20,000 bases of DNA from an uncultured virus (IMG/VR IMGVR_UViG_3300022178_000020) (taxonomy: Duplodnaviria; Heunggongvirae; Uroviricota; Caudoviricetes): IMG/VR virus record IMGVR_UViG_3300022178_000020; one strand, written 5' to 3'. The notes beneath the pieces were generated by a model. That model ran no database searches. It worked only from the letters and a program-made list of their open reading frames with translations, and had not been told where the DNA came from. The position numbers and the translations under genes were made by a program. This document shows, piece after piece, positions 15,020-20,000 of this stretch (its first letter is position 1; each line of letters starts with the position of its first letter).

Positions 15020-17492
15020 TTTTTATTTTTTGTTTGGATTTTAAAACTATAAATCTTCCTTTACCTTGTGGGGAATCAAATTCAAGATTAGAATCTTTTC
15101 TAAAGTATCCTGGGAGTAAGTTAGCGGGATTACTAGTTAGGCGGTTATAAACTGTGTGGTAGTTTTTGCTTCCACTATTATCTAATGAAGATATACCAAC
15201 ATAGTCAGGTTTTTTTTGCTCCATAAAATCTACTATAATTTTACGCATAGTAGATAATATTTTTATATAATTTTCTTTTCCACCCTTGGGGATTGAAGTT
15301 ACCTCTCCTCTAGGAGTAAATTGAATATTATAAAATAATCCTAAATCTTTATAGGGATTAGGTATATTTTTTATACTATATTCATAGGTTATATCATCTA
15401 CTGCAAAGGTGCCTCCAGTTAAATCTCCATTTATATCAGCTGCATTCTCTTTAGATAAATTAATTTCATTTATAGATTCAATAAGATATTGTTGAATTGT
15501 TTTAGGTTGGTTGAATTTAGGAATATCTAAATAAAAAGATTCATTTAAACTATCGGTTAAACTATCAGTCCAGTTTCTAAACATTATGTTACCTTGCTCA
15601 TATGCCTCACGTTCTATAATATCTAGCTCATCATCTTCATTTGTATTGGTAGTTTGAATATTTCCTAAAGTACCGTTTAAATTTTGGTGGTGATGAATCA
15701 TTTCGTGTGCAAATGAACGTAATATATCTTTAGGGTGTCTCCCCAATGTATATAAAACTATTTTTTTATCAGAGGGCATATAATATGCGGTTTTTCCAAA
15801 AACATTACCCGCATTTTCTTCATCGCTGTCTATAAATTCTAAAGATGGGTAGGGTTGGATGTTTAAATCTTGATTAGACATGTAATCAGATAAAGAGGTA
15901 ATATACGATTCTAAATCTTCCTCTAAATTTTCATTAAGGATAGATTCATTTAATGGGGTATCTGGGAGGTTATTTTTAATCCATTCTATCCATTTACGTT
16001 TTACGTATGCCTCTCCTTCATAAGATATTTCGTCAGCACGCTCTAAGAAAAATTCATCTATAGCTTTTCCTAATGTGATATTTTTAGTTTTAGCTTTTTT
16101 ATTTAATCCTCTTATAAAAGCAGGAATTTCATAATCAAGAGTAAGATATTCTGGGAGTGAAAGGTTAGCTGCATTTTTAACATTCCCTATTCTAATTCCT
16201 TTTTCAAAATTTTCTTGCCCAACATGTTCTAATTCGTGGCGTAAAGTATCTTTAAGTTCAGCTATTAAATCATTTAAGAATTGAGGATATGAAGAGGGTT
16301 CATAATTTATAATTAATTCTATACCCTCTTTACCCCCAGCAGCATCTATAAGGTAAGGTGCATAATCTAATCCTTTAGGTTCTACAGGATTTAATTTAAA
16401 TTCAAGAGTATATTTTTTATCTTTTAATTTACGTTTTAACTCTTCTTCATAATAAACACCTAAGTTATCCTTAAGTTGGTTTATTATATAACGGGATTGG
16501 ATTGTAGTTTCACCATCATAACTTCCTGTAGCTATTTCTTGTAGAGGAAGGATTTTGTCAGGTGTTTGAAAATTTTTCTTACGCATTACCGTTTTAGCAA
16601 TAGCTTTATTAGCCATTTTCATAAACGGAATATTAATATTGGTTTCGGTGTCTTTAACAACTACGTCTTTATATTGTTGAAGAAATTCAATAAATTCCTC
16701 TTTTTCATCGGATAATTTATCAAAAAAGTCTTCTAATTCTTCAACTGAAATGTCTGGGAAGTTTCTAGGATCATTTAGTCTATCAAAAAAATGTCTTCCT
16801 GATAAATCAACTTCAATAGGGGCTAATTTTTTATCAGCCATATCATCAACAAATTCTACATCACCTTTTGTAATAAAATCAGGAGCAAAATTAATGCGCT
16901 CCGTAACTATGTCTACTAGTAAGTCCCAAATTTCATCTACCTCAGGAATATCTGGGAGGAATTGGATGAAGGTGTCTTTATCTTGATTTAATAAGGCTTG
17001 TCTAGCCTTAGTACCGCTAACCGCTCCAGTTGTTACTACTTCTTTAACTTTAAGATTTGAATAATCCCCCTTACGAAGAGATTGGGTACGCTTCATTATG
17101 TCTTGAAAATCTTCCTCATTTCCTTCTCTAGCACCCAAAAACCAATAGACTTCTTTATCAGGATTTTTTTTAGCATATGAGTATATAGCAGCTATAGGTG
17201 CTTTACCTTCAGGTGAAGCCATTACTCTTACTTTATTGGGAAGATATTTTTTATATATGTTCCAAATAGCTAATGACTCATCTTGACTAATTGAATTTCT
17301 AGTACCGCTACCTACTAATATAATAAGAGCATCCATTTCAGGGTTTTCTTGTAAAGCCCGTTTTACTACTTCAAGGTGCCCCATAGTAGGAGGTTTAAAA
17401 CCCCCACCAAACATACCAATTACCTTTTTTTGAGAGGGATCAACTCCTTCAGGTAATAAATCTTTAATTAGTTCAGCAGTTAGAAGATTCAT
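15009..17492 (-). CDS. Multidomain protein: HIGH-type nucleotidyltransferase + HFxDR domain + two HExxH zincin-like domains + C-terminal alpha/beta domain
   Basis: FGGGFKPPTMGH and VSGTKARQAL (cytidyltransferase-like); RHFFDRLNDPRN; RHELEH...EIPAF; AHEMIHH...EREAY. Confidence 0.78.
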   Translation of the reverse strand: MNLLTAELIKDLLPEGVDPSQKKVIGMFGGGFKPPTMGHLEVVKRALQENPEMDALIILVGSGTRNSISQDESLAIWNIYKKYLPNKVRVMASPEGKAPIAAIYSYAKKNPDKEVYWFLGAREGNEEDFQDIMKRTQSLRKGDYSNLKVKEVVTTGAVSGTKARQALLNQDKDTFIQFLPDIPEVDEIWDLLVDIVTERINFAPDFITKGDVEFVDDMADKKLAPIEVDLSGRHFFDRLNDPRNFPDISVEELEDFFDKLSDEKEEFIEFLQQYKDVVVKDTETNINIPFMKMANKAIAKTVMRKKNFQTPDKILPLQEIATGSYDGETTIQSRYIINQLKDNLGVYYEEELKRKLKDKKYTLEFKLNPVEPKGLDYAPYLIDAAGGKEGIELIINYEPSSYPQFLNDLIAELKDTLRHELEHVGQENFEKGIRIGNVKNAANLSLPEYLTLDYEIPAFIRGLNKKAKTKNITLGKAIDEFFLERADEISYEGEAYVKRKWIEWIKNNLPDTPLNESILNENLEEDLESYITSLSDYMSNQDLNIQPYPSLEFIDSDEENAGNVFGKTAYYMPSDKKIVLYTLGRHPKDILRSFAHEMIHHHQNLNGTLGNIQTTNTNEDDELDIIEREAYEQGNIMFRNWTDSLTDSLNESFYLDIPKFNQPKTIQQYLIESINEINLSKENAADINGDLTGGTFAVDDITYEYSIKNIPNPYKDLGLFYNIQFTPRGEVTSIPKGGKENYIKILSTMRKIIVDFMEQKKPDYVGISSLDNSGSKNYHTVYNRLTSNPANLLPGYFRKDSNLEFDSPQGKGRFIVLKSKQKIKNEN

Positions 17493-18283
17493 GATAAGAA
17501 AGATTGAATTTTAGATTGTGCTTCCTCTTTAGATACTGAATTGGTAACTATATTTTGTATAAATTTATCATTTAACATAGCTTTTATTTCTTCAGCATCT
17601 TTAGCTTTTCTAGCATCAGATCTAGCTTGTTCTTTAGGAGTTTTAGGTTTAGTTCCTTTAGGTGCAAAGGGATCAAGGTATATGTTAATTATATCTCCCA
17701 AATCTGATATCTCTTGGTCTTCTAAAGTATTAGCTACTGAGGTAAAATTAGAACCAAATAAATCTTGATATGGTTTAAAGTTTTGAGTTACTTCTTTCCA
17801 AGTTTTCATTACAATACCTGGTGCTAAACTTCTATCTTGACCATCTGTTTTTTCGTATCTATTTTGGTTTTGCTTTAAAGAACGTTCTAGATCTGTATAA
17901 ACGTAAAGCATAAATACCTCATATCCTGCTCCTTCTAATTCGTCTTTTAATTTTACTGTTGTTTTATATGAAGCCCCCGTACCATCTAAAATAAATGATT
18001 CTTTCCCTTCTATAGTATTTGCTACATCTTGTTTAAATTCTTTATTAGCTGCCCCCATAGCAACAGCCTGTTGGCTTCTTTCTTCAGGGGTAGCATTTTT
18101 TAAATCTAGAGATATATTAGCCTTTTTTAACATAGGGACATAAATGTCATCTACATTTAATACTTTTAGACCTCCTAAATCTAAACCACGTAATATATAA
18201 CCTTTACCTGCTCCGGGAGCACCTGCTAATATAATAGCTTTGGGTTTCCCTACAATTTCTTTAAGAAGAGTATATAATTTCAT
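17489..18283 (-). CDS. Zeta-toxin/AAA_33-like P-loop kinase
   Basis: AIILAGAPGAGK, VLNVDD, FILDGTG, YVYTDLERSLKQNQNR...RSL lid; short leader MKLYTLLKE. Confidence 0.82.
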   Translation of the reverse strand: MKLYTLLKEIVGKPKAIILAGAPGAGKGYILRGLDLGGLKVLNVDDIYVPMLKKANISLDLKNATPEERSQQAVAMGAANKEFKQDVANTIEGKESFILDGTGASYKTTVKLKDELEGAGYEVFMLYVYTDLERSLKQNQNRYEKTDGQDRSLAPGIVMKTWKEVTQNFKPYQDLFGSNFTSVANTLEDQEISDLGDIINIYLDPFAPKGTKPKTPKEQARSDARKAKDAEEIKAMLNDKFIQNIVTNSVSKEEAQSKIQSFLS

Positions 18284-18297
18284 GCAAAATATTTGTC

Positions 18298-18307
18298 ATA
18301 AATATTA
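18298..18307 (-). promoter_or_regulatory. TAATATTTAT motif, putative late promoter at the replication/late gene boundary
   Basis: Recurrent intergenic motif; begins with the exonuclease TAA stop. Confidence 0.55.
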
Positions 18308-19069
18308 TAAAATTCTTTTAGCTGTAGTTTTAAACTCTGTAAATGCTGGTTTATGGTTTGGGTTTTCCAAGTCAAATAATTTTCTAACTGCTTGGTAAAT
18401 TTCTAGGTTATCTTCTTGTGTACGTTTTGATTCATACATTTCCCATCCTTTACCTTGCATAGCGCCTTTTTTAGAACCTCGCTTAGATGATTTTAACCAT
18501 AAAACGCCTGCTCTATTTACTTTTTTACCATAACATTCTTCAAAACATTGAGCGTAAATAGCTGTTTGTAAATCATATGTTGTTTGAAGGTTATTTGAAG
18601 TTTTAAAATCAATAATCCAAAGCTCATCTCCAATTTCACAAACTAAATCACAGGTACCTGCTATTCTTAATTTGTCCGAAAATAAATGAACCTCAGCTTC
18701 AATTAAAGTTGGGTTATATTCCTCCCACCAATCTACAAATCGAAGGAACATTTGCCATACAAGAGTGGGATACATGGGAATACCATGTTCTAAAAATTTT
18801 AATTCTTCACCATTAAGGTAGGATTCAATCATTTCGTGTACCTGTGTGCCTTCGGCACTTGCCTTCTTTACAATATGTTCTGAAGCGTATCCTACTTTTT
18901 TTAGCCAATCTTCGAAAAATTTACCTTTAGGATAGTGACTTAATACATAAGTTACTGAAGGGTAATAATCTCCATTTCGTTGGTAATATCTACCATCTGG
19001 TAGGGTAATTTGTTTATGGTCATCAGAAATTTCTAAAATTCGGCCGTAGTGCTTTTTTAAAGTACTCAT
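18305..19069 (-). CDS. PD-(D/E)xK exonuclease (RecB/Cas4-like phage exonuclease)
   Basis: YPSVTYVL, GTQVHEMIE, EAEV, IAGTCDLV, IIDFKTS, LQTAIYA motifs. Confidence 0.88.
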   Translation of the reverse strand: MSTLKKHYGRILEISDDHKQITLPDGRYYQRNGDYYPSVTYVLSHYPKGKFFEDWLKKVGYASEHIVKKASAEGTQVHEMIESYLNGEELKFLEHGIPMYPTLVWQMFLRFVDWWEEYNPTLIEAEVHLFSDKLRIAGTCDLVCEIGDELWIIDFKTSNNLQTTYDLQTAIYAQCFEECYGKKVNRAGVLWLKSSKRGSKKGAMQGKGWEMYESKRTQEDNLEIYQAVRKLFDLENPNHKPAFTEFKTTAKRIL

Positions 19070-19989
19070 ATAAATAGTTTTTTACTCAAAAGCCCCGATA
19101 AAGTTAATGGGGTTGACTTTTGAATTAGTTTGGTAAAAAGTTCAAATCCCATCTCACTAGGATCTTTATCATTCATCTCTAGCAAATGAACTTCTTTACC
19201 TTCATCCATGAATTTTTCACAGAATTTTAAGGCTGATTTGATAGCATCACTATCAAGTGCAATGTATATTTTTTTTACTTTAGAAGAAACAATTTTCTTC
19301 ATTAAATTGGTTTGGATATTTTTTCCTAACAGCGGGATAGCGTTTCGTTTGATGGCTATGGCGTCAAATGGTCCTTCGCACAATACCAACGGGCTACTCC
19401 AGTTTATAAACATTTCAAATGGTATTATATCACGCGATACTGCCGGATTTTTATACTTTCTATAAGGTTCCTTTTCAAAACTTCTAGCTGTAAAGTAATT
19501 TAGTTGACCATTATAATCATATGAAGGAATAATAATCATATTTCGATATTCTCCCTCTTCACAATACCCCATATGGTATTTTATCATATCTTCTGTGGTA
19601 ACTCCTCTATTTTTTAAATAGGAAAGAGCATGCCTAGACATTAGACTGGTAGGTTTATCAATAAAAGGGACGTACTCCTTAGGTAAGGATAATTCATGTT
19701 TAATTATTGTTTCTTCAACAAATGCACCTTGGGGGATAAGTCTTTTAGCTTCGGCAATCTTATCATATGCCTCTGATTTTTTAAGAAGACTAGGAATGGT
19801 TTTCCCCCTGGTATTACATACCCAACAATGCCAAGGGTTATGACCCTTTTTGTTTTCCGTAAAATTAACCTCTAGTTTGGGTTTCTGATGTTTACAAAAG
19901 GGACAGTGGTAGGCATAATTACCTCTCGATGTCGTTTTCCCTCTTCCTAAAACAGAATCAACTAGGGTTACTAGTAGGTGATTTACCAT
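19066..19989 (-). CDS. DNA primase (Zn finger + TOPRIM)
   Basis: CPFC...HCWVC zinc finger, YLKNRG, IIIP, FTARS, LCEGPFDA, ALDSD, KDP. Confidence 0.92.
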   Translation of the reverse strand: MVNHLLVTLVDSVLGRGKTTSRGNYAYHCPFCKHQKPKLEVNFTENKKGHNPWHCWVCNTRGKTIPSLLKKSEAYDKIAEAKRLIPQGAFVEETIIKHELSLPKEYVPFIDKPTSLMSRHALSYLKNRGVTTEDMIKYHMGYCEEGEYRNMIIIPSYDYNGQLNYFTARSFEKEPYRKYKNPAVSRDIIPFEMFINWSSPLVLCEGPFDAIAIKRNAIPLLGKNIQTNLMKKIVSSKVKKIYIALDSDAIKSALKFCEKFMDEGKEVHLLEMNDKDPSEMGFELFTKLIQKSTPLTLSGLLSKKLFI

Positions 19990-20000
19990 ATGCGTGAATA

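Noticed and set aside
17489..18283. Zeta-epsilon toxin-antitoxin pair
   Set aside because: No small antitoxin-like gene upstream; only the general P-loop kinase fold is supported.
18305..19069. Cas4/CRISPR interpretation of the exonuclease
   Set aside because: No repeat-spacer array or other cas genes and no four-Cys cluster pattern; next to primase, so a replication exonuclease is more likely.
1978..19465. All plus-strand ORFs in the track (1978, 2365, 6169, 6303, 7731, 10945, 12000, 16750, 17541, 19208)
   Set aside because: Each lies antisense within a well-supported minus-strand gene and has no recognisable motif; shadow ORFs.
1..20000. Stop-codon reassignment
   Set aside because: Long genes are intact under code 11 and TAA, TGA and TAG all end tightly packed genes.

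Overview
AT-rich fragment of a large tailed-phage genome with T4-like head-packaging genes; every credible gene lies on the minus strand. Reading in transcription direction: DNA primase, PD-(D/E)xK exonuclease, then ~11 kb of mostly hypothetical proteins that share short N-terminal leaders ending in (L/I)-x-E (P-loop kinase, an 827-aa multidomain protein, a restriction-like nuclease, a tandem array of acidic proteins). These are followed by a direct-repeat-flanked two-gene fibre-like insert, a cupin, an unannotated Hc1-like histone-like protein, a terminator/promoter, an FAD oxidoreductase-NadR-like ATPase block, two membrane proteins, the terminase large subunit and the portal (truncated at the window edge). 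Promoter-like TTG-N20-TATATTTA motifs, A-rich SD-less leaders and a signal peptide followed by Gln point to a Bacteroidota host. The most interesting inference is a protease-processed, capsid-packaged cargo system: leader-tagged modules, one apparent polyprotein and a variable cassette array resembling the T4 internal-protein locus. All family calls are from motif recognition by eye; no searches were run.
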